Assembly: GCA_010015805.1 (NCBI GenBank)
Contig: ML978130.1
Coordinates: forward strand, 1,178,001 to 1,242,000
DNA from: Rhizodiscina lignyota
Taxonomy: Eukaryota
Reading direction: 5' to 3'
DNA: 64,000 bases
Both the position numbers and the translations under genes were made by a program. This document shows positions 36,495-49,312 of the stretch, piece after piece. Within the stretch, counting starts at the first letter, position 1. Each line of letters begins with the position of its first letter. The notes under the pieces were generated by a model that worked only from the letters and a program-made list of their open reading frames with translations, had not been told where the DNA came from and ran no database searches.

Positions 36495-37889
36495 TCATAA
36501 GCCGAATGGATACGTCTCGTTAGCACTTAGTTCTTCCTTTGGCTGCGCAATCTCGAATGCTTTGACGGCTTCCGTTCGATCGAACCACACCAGTGCATCG
36601 AATTGCCGCGGCAGAATGGCCTTGCTGTAATGACTATATCTCTCGGTATCGGGCCGATATATGACTCCAATAAACCGCTCGAGTCGCGGCTGCATTAGCG
36701 CCTCTCGGACTTCGTCGTTCTCCGGTCTGTTACGGAGGTCCAACAGAAAACTCGGAATACCGGTGTCGTGCATGATGTGCTCGTAGCTGTCTTCACGCGA
36801 CGGGTTCACTTGCTTGATGCGCATCGGTTCATCCCAATTATCAGCCGCTGCTACGGTGCTGTCATTGCCGCCATGAGTGCTGCAGCCGATAATGGTGACG
36901 TCTTCCGGCGAATCCTTGAAGTGCTGCTTGCATAATTGGCCGATGTTGTGCTCGCCTCGCGACTGTCCCATGCTCGTGTATCTCGCATCACCAACATGCG
37001 AATTGTGCGCCCATATAACAGCTTTTGCTCCAGGTTTGACCTTTAGCAGCAACCGCAAGGTTTCGAACATATGGCCATCGCGCAAGTTCCAAGAATCCTC
37101 GTCGGCGTAGTACATAGCACGGTAGTACTGCTCCGAATCCTTGACCGTACGAGCATTCATCTCAGCATCGAGAAAGTCGTCTCCGTCATGCATTGCGAGA
37201 GTCAAGCGTTTAGCAAGCAACTGGCGGAGCATTTCGACGACGCCTTTCTCGCATGGTGCGTAACCCTTGTTGAGCGCAACGCGGCCATATCGCGCTGGGT
37301 TCTCAACCCAAGGCTCCAAGCAACCATACCGTTTGCGAGCGATCGCAGCTGTCTCCGGGTCGCGTTCTTCCAAGTACTCTATCACGGCCTTGATGCTTGC
37401 TCCCATGCTGTAAAGGTCCAGGCCGTACACGCCGGCTCGCTTGTTCGGGGGCAGATGCGCATTGTGCTCTCGCAACCAGTCTACGAATTCTTGCATCTCC
37501 TTGTTTCTCCACATCCATCGTGGGAAATGCTTGAAGATTGGTTCACGAGCGACACTCTTTGGCGCAGGATTGCTTCGGACAAAGCGATCGACGGCACGTA
37601 CGTCGGGCCAGTCTCCTTCGATGCCCACGACGTTGAAGCCATGGTGGGAGATTAGACGCTGGGTGATGGCTGCACGAGCTCGATAGAACTCTGATGTACC
37701 GTGACTGGACCATATATCAGCCTCAGCCTCAGCATTTGTTATCTGCCGATTATCTTACCTAGCGTCTCCTATCAGAACCACCCTTGATTTGGCAAACTTG
37801 TCGAAGCAGGGTCCGAATGCAGCATCATCAATGCCCGGGAGCTTCTGCGCTGCGCTTTTGACGGTTTCTGCAACTGTACGAGTCATCAT
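36495..37889 (-). CDS. erythromycin esterase (Ere) family hydrolase
   Basis: VLIGDA|SHGTSEFY, IEGDWPD, GVYGLDLYS, SWNLRDGHM, IWAHNSHVG, ERFIGVIYRP, QFDALVW; one intron at ~37705-37758. Confidence 0.9.
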
Positions 37890-38378
37890 GAACCGGATTG
37901 AGTTGAAAGAAGGTCATGATTGTCTCGAATTGATCGTATGAGACTTGAAAACTTCATCCTGGTACCGGGTTGTCAAAGTGACGTAACTGGCGGTCAATTG
38001 CCCAATTCGTGCAATTCATGAACAAAGCGAAACAACAACTTCCATGCTATTGACGCACTATCTAGAATGAAAATAGCCGGAGCTATTTTCATTCTAGATG
38101 GAGAGAGCACAAAGTCGTCTAGATGAGAAAAAAAAGATTGACGAGGGACTTGGCAAAAACAGCGCACCTTCAACACGTGAACAAAGCAATAATTAGCGTT
38201 TCGAACATTTACAGCAATAAGTATTCATAAAAAAAAAGATTTCTAATTTAAAGAGATTTATCATCATATTGCAAGTATCATCGATGTTTTTGTTGATTCC
38301 GTACCCTATCTTAATTATCAAGGAAACCCTAACCCTGCTGCTGATAGAGCTCTTCTCTTCATTCAACCCCCGATATTT

Positions 38379-39170
38379 CTACTTCCAACATACAATCTCT
38401 CCGTGTAGGATTCCAAACCATCCATCCTCATTATCCACCCAATCTTTCCATCCCTTCGCCGCCTCTTCTAGCTCTTCCTTCGTCGCGTAGCCCCCTTCCA
38501 CCGCAATAGTCGCAGATCCACTGCTCGTCACCCGCGATCCATGTGTTCCCCCCCAATATCTCCGCTCTTCCGGGGTGCTGAAACACCACGTCCCAGTGCT
38601 CTTTTGGATTCGAGCCCTGTCGAATCCCGCCTGTGCGGCCCAAGCATGAATTGCCCTGCCTGGATGCGGATTGCCTCCTTTCGCAGATGCAATATCCACG
38701 GCCAGTTTGTACCACTTGGCCACACCCTCGTTCTCCGGATACCAAATTAGATCAGCAGATTCGCGGGCTGCGACAATGGATTTTGTGACCCGCCGCATCT
38801 CACGGAGAGCCTGGACGGGGTCCGCCACATGCTGCAGCACCTGGTGCACGTGGACAATGTCGAAAGAGTTGTCGGGGAAATTAAGGGCATGTATGTCGCC
38901 CACACGGAAATCGATGTTGGTGACTCCTTCACGAGCGGCGAGAGCGCGAGCTTGATCAAGAGGATCTGACACATATTCAATGCCCGTGACGTGACCCTGG
39001 GGTACTCGGCGAGCAAAGTCGACGCTGATTGAGCCTGGACCGCATCCAATATCTAGGATTTTCATATCAGGTTTAATATGTGGGAGTAGGTATGAGCAAG
39101 AATTAGTCGCAGTACGCCAGCCATGCGTTTGGACGACAGCGGCGGAGTGGTCAGTTGTGTAGACTGCCAT
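38379..39170 (-). CDS. class I SAM-dependent methyltransferase (UbiE-like)
   Basis: ILDIGCGPG motif I, FPDNSFDIVHVHQVLQH; intronless from ATG 39170. Confidence 0.93.
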   Translation of the reverse strand: MAVYTTDHSAAVVQTHGWRTATNSCSYLLPHIKPDMKILDIGCGPGSISVDFARRVPQGHVTGIEYVSDPLDQARALAAREGVTNIDFRVGDIHALNFPDNSFDIVHVHQVLQHVADPVQALREMRRVTKSIVAARESADLIWYPENEGVAKWYKLAVDIASAKGGNPHPGRAIHAWAAQAGFDRARIQKSTGTWCFSTPEERRYWGGTHGSRVTSSGSATIAVEGGYATKEELEEAAKGWKDWVDNEDGWFGILHGEIVCWK

Positions 39171-39976
39171 TGTGAAGCCAATGGCTGATGACTTCAAAAG
39201 GCGGCGAGCCCCTGAGGTATGTTAGTGAGACGATGAACATGGTCTCGGCGAGGCAAAGGTCCCGAATCCAGACTTCACGATACTTACCAGTCTGTTGAGA
39301 AAGTGGAAGGGCTTTCCTATGTAATATGATGCCGGACAGTGATCCACTTTCAGACTATTGAACGTTGAACGTTTTGTGTGGAGTCTCACACCAACAAATC
39401 GGAGAATTTTGTAATGTACTAAGACGAAACTGCTATCTCTTTATTTCAATGAAAATTGGAGGGAAGACATAAGGATTCTAAAAGTACCGGCCGTTCGGAT
39501 GCTTTGATGGCTCAACTCCGCGATCGCGCGGTCCTTTGTGCCGCGCAAGCCCATGATTGGCTGATCTGCGGAGTTCAGACCTCAAGTCCGTAGTTAAAAC
39601 GGCAGCAGCTATGTAAAGAACCAAATGTACCCAAAACAGCTTGATGGCGACCAATATTTCTACTCTAAGTATATATTTTGATTAGTTCTCTCATACATCT
39701 AACAAAGGAACTGCAGACCAGATGAGTATATTCAGAGCAATCATAAAAACACAATTATCATTAAGTGCTGCTGCCCCACCGGCAGTACAGGCTATCTATA
39801 TCCGCTCCAAAAATTCAAATATCAATTCTTTTGGTGCACTCCGACGCTTTACTTTTGCAAGAAGATGCATACAATGATGAAAAGATCAAAAAGAAGAACA
39901 TGGACTCCTGAGATATATGCCGCTCAAACAAATGCAATCATGAAAAGGGGATAACGATAAATGAGGAGGCGATCGA

Positions 39977-41610
39977 TCATAGCAGGACCATTAGCATGCC
40001 CGAAACTCCTGATGCAAGAGTCAGGCCAGTGGCCATGAGACCAATGAATGAAGCAGATGGTGGTTGGATGACGCTTGCTGCACCGGTGAATGACGGGAGT
40101 AGTGGCATAGTCGGACCAACAGAGGTGGAAAAGGTGCCAGTGCCAACCAAGCTGCCATTCACATTGATCGGAGATGTTATAGCTTTTGAGGGCGTGGGCT
40201 CCCTGTAATTGCCGGTAGCAGTGGAAGTGACGCCGGGAATGTCGCTGCCAGTGATCTCTTCGATGTCTGGCTCGCCGGTCGCATTGAACACTGTCTGCGC
40301 GATCGCGAGTATCTTGTTATCAAAGTCGTAGACGAAGTAAGCAGAGCGCATGAAAGAGTCGCCAAGGATGTAGTCCGATGAACCATCTGCCACCGGGCCT
40401 ACGTTCCATTGGCAGATTGGAGTGTCGTTTTTGATGTTTGTCCCAGCCAGATCACCCGGTGCAAACGGTCTGAGGAGCTGCGAAATCGGGACTTTGATGA
40501 CAGGTCCATCGGCATTACCGAAACCAAACGTCAGAGCGGCGCCTTCGTCATCAAATTTCTGAGCGGAATCGCAGGGTAGATATCCCCCAGCGAGCGAATC
40601 GTCAGTCAGCACGCCGGCTGCCTCGGCTGTTGCCAGATAGAGGTCTTTGGGAAGGCTGAGAGAAGTAGACCCAGAGTCGGGAACGACTGCAGTTTTAAGA
40701 CCTTTTGCGAGAATAGTAGCATTGTTTTTGTTAATAATGCCCACATTGTCAAGAGTGACGACCGTGTCTTGTGTTATTTCACCGAAGTCCGGGTCCGGCT
40801 GGATCGGAAGAGCAACGAGTTCGCCCTCGTATTTCGACTGATCAAAAAATTGTTAGAAAAAGGACATTACTACGTCTTAATGCTCATACCTTGTCAACCG
40901 CTCCCCACAGGATGGAGCCTGTGCTTGACTCTGTGACTGTTTAACGTTCATTTTCTGGCATGGATATTGTGGCACTTACCAACACCATTCAACCACAGAC
41001 TGTATGATTCTGTCGCGATAAGGCCCTGCTTCTTCATTTGCTGTGCAATGCTCAGATGAGTACCGTTGAACGTCTCGCTCCTGGCCTTCGGGCCAACGCC
41101 AATGATACCCTCGAAAGGTACGCTCTGCAAGCCCTTGGGAATTTGCGAGACCTTGGAGAGGCCCATTACCATTCCTTCAATAGTTTGCTGGCCAAGGCCT
41201 AAGCTATCGGTAAAATAGTCGCCAGTAATATTAGTGGTATCTGCATATGGAATGCCGAATTTGCCTTTCGCGACTGTTCTATACGTATCCGAAGCGGAAG
41301 GATCGAAGGTACCCTCGGTGCATTCGGTATTGTTACGAGTGCATTCGGTGGATTCTTTGTACGGAAACCAGAGTTCGTTACTCCCAGTGTCCACTTGGAG
41401 CATAACTGATTGAGGTGGGGAGCCGATGGTGACAGGGATGAGATATAGCAAGGCATCTTGCGCATTTTCGATCGGCGACTCGAGATAACCACGAGGCTTG
41501 AGGCGGGATCTCGCTGTTGAGGATCTTTCGACTTTGAAGTCGAGCTGTACAGCTGCAGCTGTGAAATCGAGGAGCTCCCAAAGGACGACGAACTGGATTG
41601 GGGAGCGCAT
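39977..41610 (-). CDS. secreted, probably GPI-anchored aspartic protease (A1, yapsin-like)
   Basis: Signal peptide, VDTGS and PDSGS catalytic motifs, ILGDSFMRSAYFVYD, Ser/Thr-rich linker, hydrophobic C-terminus; two introns between ~40838 and 40979. Confidence 0.92.
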
Positions 41611-42014
41611 GTTGAGCTTGAGATTGAACGCCAAAAAACTAGTATGCAACAAAATGATATAATATGAATGCTAGAATGCGATGAGCAGATTAGATGTTAA
41701 ATGGAATGAAGGTTACAAAGATCACGCTGGTGTGTGAAGAAGACGAACTGGCCATACTGTAGACTTTGACACAGATATATAATGGATACAAAGATGAAGT
41801 ATCGTCAGCGCACTAACAGTTGACTTCTCGTCTGGGCTGTGTTGACGAACTGCAAAATGGAATTTTGCGGGCACAGTCTCACTGGCTTGCGAGAGGTTGA
41901 AACAGGATCGTGGAGCAGGGGGAGATGGTCTATGAGGCTCGCGGCACGCTGCAGGCACAGCATGTTGTCAGGTCCAGTTTGCATGCATGACCAAAAATTA
42001 CTCGCGCTACTTTG

Positions 42015-42206
42015 TACCGTACTTTCCGGCTGTACTGGAACTGCGCTAAGGGGATACGCTAGCCATCTCAGGTAGGAAAGTGGATATCTTCATATGGCAA
42101 CTTATAGAAGAGTAAGTCCATGGATGTCTGTGCACATCTATCGTATTGGTCACATCAAAAGCCGTGCACACTTAGCGCAGTTCCAGTACAGCCGGAAAGT
42201 ACGGTA
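42015..42206. mobile_element. MITE, Tc1/mariner-type non-autonomous element (188 bp plus TA target-site duplication)
   Basis: 42015-42050 TACCGTACTTTCCGGCTGTACTGGAACTGCGCTAAG is the exact reverse complement of 42171-42206: 34-bp TIRs flanked by TA on both sides, 120-bp interior. Confidence 0.88.
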
Positions 42207-42717
42207 AGGCCTTGGACTTTTATCCACTCTCAGCTTCGTTCTCCACGCGTCGAACCAGCTTGCGAGAATCGTCGGCGCCATCTGAGCTTGATCCTGAGGC
42301 GAAATGCTAAGTTAAGGAAAAAGACACGCTTGCGGCAACTTTTAGGGTTACGGCCCGTGAACAGTCTCACTCGCAGCTGGCATGCGAGAATCGTGCCAGT
42401 GCAACAAAACGCCAGCGCAGGTGATTGTTGCAAGAGAAGGTCTGTATTTAGAAGCGCGGCGCGGGCTCGGCTAAATTCACGCCGACAACAACTGAGGAAA
42501 CGTTTGAACGCCGAACTGAACTGTTTGCCTTCCACTAACTACGCACTCCATACGTCTAGTGCAAGCCATCGCTATGCCTTCTCAACAGCTGTGCTAGCGA
42601 CGGCGACAATGAAGCTGGGTCAGCCTCATCCTCCACCAGCTTTTGTTGACGACGCCTCCATTGTGTGCTCCGTTCACCGACTCAATCCGCAGCTGTCTCT
42701 GCAGGAGCTGAAGAACC

Positions 42718-43490
42718 ATGGCTAACAGCACCGAGACATTGGCTGTGCAGCGTGCCCTTTTGATGCCAGAGGTTCTCTCTGCCATATTCAAGTGGATCCA
42801 TGAAGATAACGCCAGCTTCTGGTATGCCAAAGACGGACACCGAGACACTCATTATCGGTACGGTCGAGAAGGTGTTCTGGTACGATGTGGTCTCGTCAAC
42901 AGGCTCTGGTTCAAAGAGGCTATGCGCTGTCTGTGGATGGAGCCCAATGTTGGTTTCTTTAGGCAATGCAATCTGCCTGCACTCTTCGCAAAAATCAACC
43001 CTTCACGCCGTCAGTTTTACGCCGACTTCATCAAAAAGGCCGTCCTTGTCACCATCAGCGACAGTCGTGACCCAGATAGTCCTCTCTGTGCCGTCATTTT
43101 TCCGAAGCTTGAAGCGTTGAAATTGGTCCTGGATGGTTATTGTGACGGGTTTTACGTGCCAAAGGTCAATTGTCCTAAGCTGACGAACCTTGAGATTGAT
43201 CCACCATATGAGTCGGAGCCAGAAGAATCTTTCGGTATCACAAGAGATGAGATGGACATAATTTTGGATCAGATTCCTGTGAGTCCCATTCACCTTTCCA
43301 ATCGTCATGAATCATTTGCACTGATCACGATAATTAGAATGTATTCCCCTCTCTTGAATACATCAGCTTCTTGAACTGCGTCAAGATCAACTCTGGGGCT
43401 CTCAAACATTTAGCTGAACGTCTTCCTCATTTTAAAGACCTCGATGAGTCTGAAGTGCGAACAAGCACGGAAGATGACTCCGACGGTTGA
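42718..43490 (+). CDS. F-box-like protein with short LRR-like C-terminus
   Basis: ALLMPEVLSAIF...LVRCGLVNRLW resembles an F-box; FPKLEALKL, CPKLTNLEI, FPSLEYISF repeats; intron ~43279-43338. Confidence 0.7.
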
Positions 43491-44008
43491 AGAAACTGGC
43501 CTCGTCCAGTAGTCTGCCGATTCCCTATACCGAGCCCATCCTCCTGCCATCGGTTGACCCATGAACGCCGACTATACAGCGCCAACACCACAGACGCGCT
43601 GCTGTTCGCAATCCGACTGCTATTTATGCCGTGCCACATTATCCTACTTGACGCCGGTCAAAAGCGTTATAAGAGTGCACTTCCCAGGGGCTCGCATCTC
43701 TAATTGTACGTCACAATTATTTCAAAGCCATGACCAAATACCCATCAGTCTCTCCTCGTTTATTTTAGTTACCGATGATCAGTATATCACTCTTGCAACT
43801 TCACTTCGGAGAAGTATTAAGGAGGAGGAGTAATATGAATATACAATGCCCATTCATTGTGTCTCTCATGATAGCTAAGATTTCCACATTTCAGTTTCCT
43901 TAACGCCGTCGTTATGATACATAAGCTCGCTTGAATTCTCCCCGCTTCTCAAATGGTTACTAGGCGGTCCTTTTTGCTGTCATCTATAATCACGCAAACG
44001 CTTCCATT

Positions 44009-44617
44009 CTAGCAGCCACCTCCAGCCAGTTGCTGCACAACCTCCATCACCGAATCCTCGTTTGTTTTCGTCAATGTCATTGCCACCATTCCCGAGAGCA
44101 GTACGAGATCGATGAAGAAATCATCGCAAGGAACCAGTATCTCCAACTGCTTCTCTCCAGTCCCGGAGGATTTCGCAGACTTGAGTCTCGCCAATTTGTT
44201 GCCAGAGTGATCATGCAGCGCCAGTGACTCGCTACCTGACATTTGGGAGGCTGCCCATTTCAACTTTCCCATCGGATGGCACTCAAAGTTGAAGCTACTC
44301 GACATGCTGCTCATCTTCATCTTTATGGGCTGGCCTCGCAGTGTCATCTGGATGGAAGATGAAAATGAATGGAATCGAGCATCGCCGAATACTCTGCTGG
44401 GGTCGGGGGTGCCGCGGAAGATCTCAACGTTCTTTTTCTTTTTTGACGATATGACGGAGCACAGAGGCGGCGCTTCTGGAGGATAGCCTGGTGGCTGTAT
44501 GAGTGTGAGGTCTGGAATGTTTGGTGATGGGCGGAGAGTAAGGACGTATGAAGCATGAGCAGAATGGTCTTCTTTCGAAGATAGTTTAGAGAAAAGTCGA
44601 GAAACGGAGTCCGTCAT
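44009..44617 (-). CDS. hypothetical fungal protein, beta-rich
   Basis: 202-aa ORF with a LKW...L.D..G..LA...LEI...DLVLLSG pattern that I associate with uncharacterised fungal proteins; no family confirmed. Confidence 0.7.
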   Translation of the reverse strand: MTDSVSRLFSKLSSKEDHSAHASYVLTLRPSPNIPDLTLIQPPGYPPEAPPLCSVISSKKKKNVEIFRGTPDPSRVFGDARFHSFSSSIQMTLRGQPIKMKMSSMSSSFNFECHPMGKLKWAASQMSGSESLALHDHSGNKLARLKSAKSSGTGEKQLEILVPCDDFFIDLVLLSGMVAMTLTKTNEDSVMEVVQQLAGGGC

Positions 44618-45339
44618 GTCTAATAGATGATTTCAGATTTCAGGTGGGTGTCGTTAATGCGAAGTGTGGAGGTCGAATGTGTCTGAAGGTTCCACGTATT
44701 TTTCGTTCTTGATATACATTCACGACCTGATTGCGCCTCTTATCAACAAAAGATCCAATGATGCAATTTTACTCCTTCCAGATCCTGTACAACATTTACG
44801 CGCAGTTCTTGCCTTGTCTTGTATAGCGGCTCGTGCTGCGCCATGCAACTCTTGGGTTGGTGGTTTTCCAAGCCAAAGCAAGAGGCCGCAAGCTAAACCG
44901 TATTAGGCTCTATGGAGCGCTCGGTTAACACTGCCGGAGCCGCTACACCAAACCTGGCACGCTGGTCAAGGATCAAAGGCTCCCAGATCGCCAGCCGAAC
45001 AGGTACACGTGGGTGCCTGAGCCAACCTGGCTTAGGTGCGCTCGCCCCAGGCCTGGGTGCCTCTGCAGGGCTCCCGGCGACTCCAAGGGTGCCAGATCCT
45101 TCTTCTCCACAGGATCGCTGCCCGTCCAATCGGGGCCTTTCAACAACTCGTTTTCTTCACTACGGTTCGAGCACCTCTCAAGTTAGAAAGGATAGCGGCA
45201 CTTGGCGCTTCCTACGTCATGTTACATAGGCACCAGCGCCTTTTTTTCCTCAAACAGTTCCTCACCTCATCGTCTTGAACGTATCGCATCTCCTCAGAGC
45301 GCCCACCTCTTCCCTTTCGGGAAAAACGCTGCGCACGAT

Positions 45340-46948
45340 ATGGCGGGAGTCCCTTCTGGCCGTGGTTGTGAAGCATGTCGGAAACAGAAGAAGAAGGTTT
45401 GACTCAGTGTACTGCACCAAAGCGGAAGATTACTCTATCGCTAAGATCCGTGTGTAAGGAAGTGTGACGAATTGAAACCCGCATGCTCCAGGTGCAAGCG
45501 CTTGCGGATCGACTGTAAAGGGTCGGGACAGCAGCGATTCAAGTTCAAAGACCAAACCCTGGCCTTCAGATCGAACAAAGACCAAGCGAGCCAGTCGCCT
45601 AGCAGCAGTGGCACAGAAATGACACGAAGTCCCAGCAACGAGACGACCGTTCTGGTCAGCGCCTTCATCTCCACACTTGAAGTGAAACACCCCGGATATG
45701 ACTTATCCTGTTATGGATGGTTTCTGCAAGACATTCCAAAGCGCCTTGGTACCAATGATGCGCTTGATGCAGCTGTGGGCGCCATTTCAGCTGCTTATTC
45801 GTCGATATACACACGTCAGCGGTCTGTGGAGACCTTTTCGAGATACGGGCATGCCCTGCGGACGCTGCGAGTCTGCTTGAATGATCATAAAAAGAGCCAC
45901 TCGGTAGATACATTATGTGCCATATATCTCATAATGGTTTGCCAGGTTAGCACTGTAGTCCATTTCTCGCATCCGCATTGCATTGTGACTAATATCACAT
46001 CCAGGGCTTTATTGGACGACGAGATGATCAGGAGACTCGTCACGGAGAGGGAATGGCACTCATATTAAATACCATAGGGTCGCGAGAAACCCAGGGTAGC
46101 TTTGAGGGTTCAATGCTCTTCACATTATGCTTGCCTGCGGTATGAAAACCCATATACCACAACAACCAGAACATTCAACTTACGGACAGTGCCAGCTTAT
46201 CGAGAGCACCTACAATCCCAAGGTCCAATTAGGTCCATGGATCGAGAAGCTGCTGGTGAAGACATATGGACCACCCACGCCGGATCCTCGCGATGAATTC
46301 TCTCCTCACAAGCTTGCGGTTCATAGCATTGCCGACATGCCACGTTTCATCCGAGATCCAGAACTACACTATGTCGATATGCAGTACACCTACCAACTAA
46401 TACAAGCCGAATACCCTAAGCTACAACAGCGTGTAGCCAAGTTGGAGGACGAGGTATCTTCTACCAAGACCCCAACACTTCCTTTTATGAAGCTGCAACA
46501 CGCCCACCAAGCGACGTATGGTATCATAATGACTGCGGCTCTAATCCTTAATGGCATGCTTCGCGCATTTGAACCGTACAACTACGCCCTGGTCGAAGAT
46601 TCTATTCTCTTCACCAACGAAGTCCTGGCCCTCGCAGAGAAAGCGGCCCGATACAGACCCCTTGGAGCAGGCTACATACCTCTATGCCTGATGGCTGCAT
46701 GGGCAACACTGGATGACACATCCAAGAGGGCCGAAGTTGAGATGATGCTGGCAGTATATCAAACGGATTTCAGGCAGGTCAATTGGATGGAAAGTGGCCT
46801 TTTCTGGCAGAACAAGTTTGAACAGCTCCGCCTCAAAGTGTCAGGGCAGACTCTCGATGATGCTCTCATGTGTCTCATGGCATCTAATGCTGGCGTCGGC
46901 GAGCAGATAGATGCAATGGAAACGGGCGGGTTGTGTTCAATCGTGTAA
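45340..46948 (+). CDS. Zn2Cys6 transcription factor
   Basis: MAGVPSGRGCEACRKQKKK|CDELKPACSRCKRLRIDC, then IPKRLGTNDALDAAV middle region; introns present. Confidence 0.92.
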
Positions 46949-47149
46949 CATGAAGATATCAGTGCTGCGCTCACTGATCAGCGGGTCTCGTGAAGAGTTG
47001 TATCGAGAAAAGATGTTCAATTTTTAAGATAAGTTAATCTGCAATACCCTTACTAAAATTACGCTCACAGTGAATCGAATACAAATGAAATGTGTTCACC
47101 AAATAACAGTTAGCCGTCTGCGTCGAACCACCGCTAAATCTGCTGCGAC

Positions 47150-48578
47150 TCAGTCCGACACCTTACTGTTGCCCGTCTTCCCATCGAATACATCTGCCAG
47201 CCAGTCCAACGTCACCATGGATAGCTGGGGTTCTGCACCAATAGCACAGTGCTCACCAGCGCCAATGTTTGTCTTAGACAGGTGGTAGTACGCCTTGTCG
47301 CCCAACCATCGCGCCATCTGCTCGGGCATTCCATAGCCAGCGACAGTGTCATCTTGGCCCGATCCCACAAAGACGGGACAACGGATCTGCTGCAGTTTCT
47401 TCTCGTCCAGAAAAATGGTGCCTGCTTTCGCATACCAATCATACGCGTCCGCCGTATCAAAAGACCAAATACCCTGATCTACAGCCCAGCGGAAGGCGGT
47501 TTCAATGCTCGGTGTGTTGTACACCTCCTGGATTGCAGCATTGAATGCTGTACGGTTGCCCGACTTGAACAGATCTATTAGGTCCGAGGGAAACTCGGTG
47601 TCCAGAAGGTGCTGCAGGTTCAAGAAGCCGTCAATCGCCAGCACCGCTGCGATCCTGTGCTCCTCCGTGGCCGCTAGTGGGGCAAGGAGTCCGCCGTAAG
47701 ATAGGCCCTCAAGTGCAACGCGATCCATGTCCACGTCGTTGCGAGTCTCCAGGTAGTCTACTACAGGCGTCACCACCTCCCACCACTCCGGGATGAATCC
47801 AATGTTCTGCTTCTGTCGCACAGTGGACTGCCCCGGCCCTTCGTATGAGATGAAGTTCCACCCACATGCCAGCACTTCTACGCCGACCGAATGGTAGAGA
47901 TCCTCCTGAGTGCCATCATAACCGGTACCGGTGATGACTGTTGGCAAACGATCTGGAGCACATCCGTCTGATTTCTGCTGTGCCGGGAAGAAGTACGCCG
48001 GGACGGTGAACCCATGCTTTGTGTCAAGAGTTATGACTTCGCCAGGTTGCGGGAGCAACTTGATCGCAGTGTGGAAGTCTGCGAGCTGCGCATCCAGCAT
48101 AAACTCTAACCGTGGGTCCGACGCATTGTGGTGCAGGAAGAAGCTTGCCAAGCGGTAGTACGTTGAGGCGTGGAAGTGTTGCTCGCGCGCCGACACTGGA
48201 AAACGCTTTGAATCGACCGAGGTTGCCATATCGTGTAGCTGGTCCTCAAGGAACTTAAACTCCCTGTACCAACTTTCGAAGTCGCCAGCTTTGATCTCGG
48301 CTGCAGCCCGCAAGACTTCGCCGGTCGCAGCGCCGCCGCCATTGGATGCAGCCAGAGCCCTCTCGAGGATGAATGAGAATTCAGAGTCGGAGCTGACCTG
48401 GTACATGGATGTCGTACTATTTGTGAGAGTTACGTTGGGGACATTGCCATGAAGCCACTGGGCGGTCTGTCGAAATGCTTGTGTCAGTCATTGGGTTGGT
48501 TACCAGCAAAGTACGGGATGAGATGCCTACAGCGCTAGTGAGCAAACAGCCTAGGACGAAAGAGTTGCTAAAATGCAT
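47150..48578 (-). CDS. secreted alpha/beta hydrolase (FrsA / 2,6-dihydroxypseudooxynicotine hydrolase-like)
   Basis: Signal peptide exon MHFSNSFVLGCLLTSA joined by a 64-nt GTAGGC...CAG intron in frame to the 418-aa ORF; TGYDGT, EGPGQ, nucleophile GLSYGG, GQDD, GEHC. Confidence 0.88.
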
Positions 48579-49312
48579 TATGAAAGTTGGAATGAGTGAC
48601 TGATACTTTGAGTTGTGTAGCGTGCTTGAGATGCGATTCAGAATCAATCCAAACAATGCCTTATATATATTCCTGTGTCTCCCGCAGCTGACTCGAGCTG
48701 ACCATATACTCCCCGATTTAAGTAAGGCTATGTCGATTGAACTGCATTCCAGCTGCCAATATTCAGTAAGTTCAACGTGAGCAGTTCTATAAATGAAGAT
48801 GACGGCCATTTGGTTCAGCTAACGTCGAGCTGCTTACTGAATTCGGCATTTGAGCTTCCAGTGAACAACTCTAATCGTCGAGTTACCACATTTAGATGAG
48901 AGACGAAAAGAGAAATATCGCTAATTGAATACTAGGAATATGCAGCTTGCTGCTTGCATCCACCACAAATAGCGGGCTCATAGTTAAGATCAACAACAAT
49001 GAAGTCAAAATCGCACCTCATAGTACATATCTAAGCTGTCAAGCACAATTCCAAATTACTCAGGTTCAGGATGTACGCCATAAATTCCCTCTGTCCATAA
49101 GAACTTATTATTTGGCAAGTCTACCGAGTTGACCGGTTCTCCCAGAAGAACCGAATGATATGCTTGATTAGACAAACTACAAATACGAAACGTGGGCATT
49201 TATATTTCGATTTGTACTGCAATTGGCTTAAATCCTACGAGAATTGCCCCAAAATAAGTTGTCACTCTAGGTCCGCCTACAGACCTTTGAAAAGGAAACC
49301 ACTTACTTGCCA

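Noticed and set aside
42120..42725. 201-aa ORF crossing the MITE
   Set aside because: No DDE or HTH motifs; not a transposase.
48407..48578. Apparent frameshift at the 5' end of the alpha/beta hydrolase
   Set aside because: Resolved by a 64-nt intron, so not a pseudogene.
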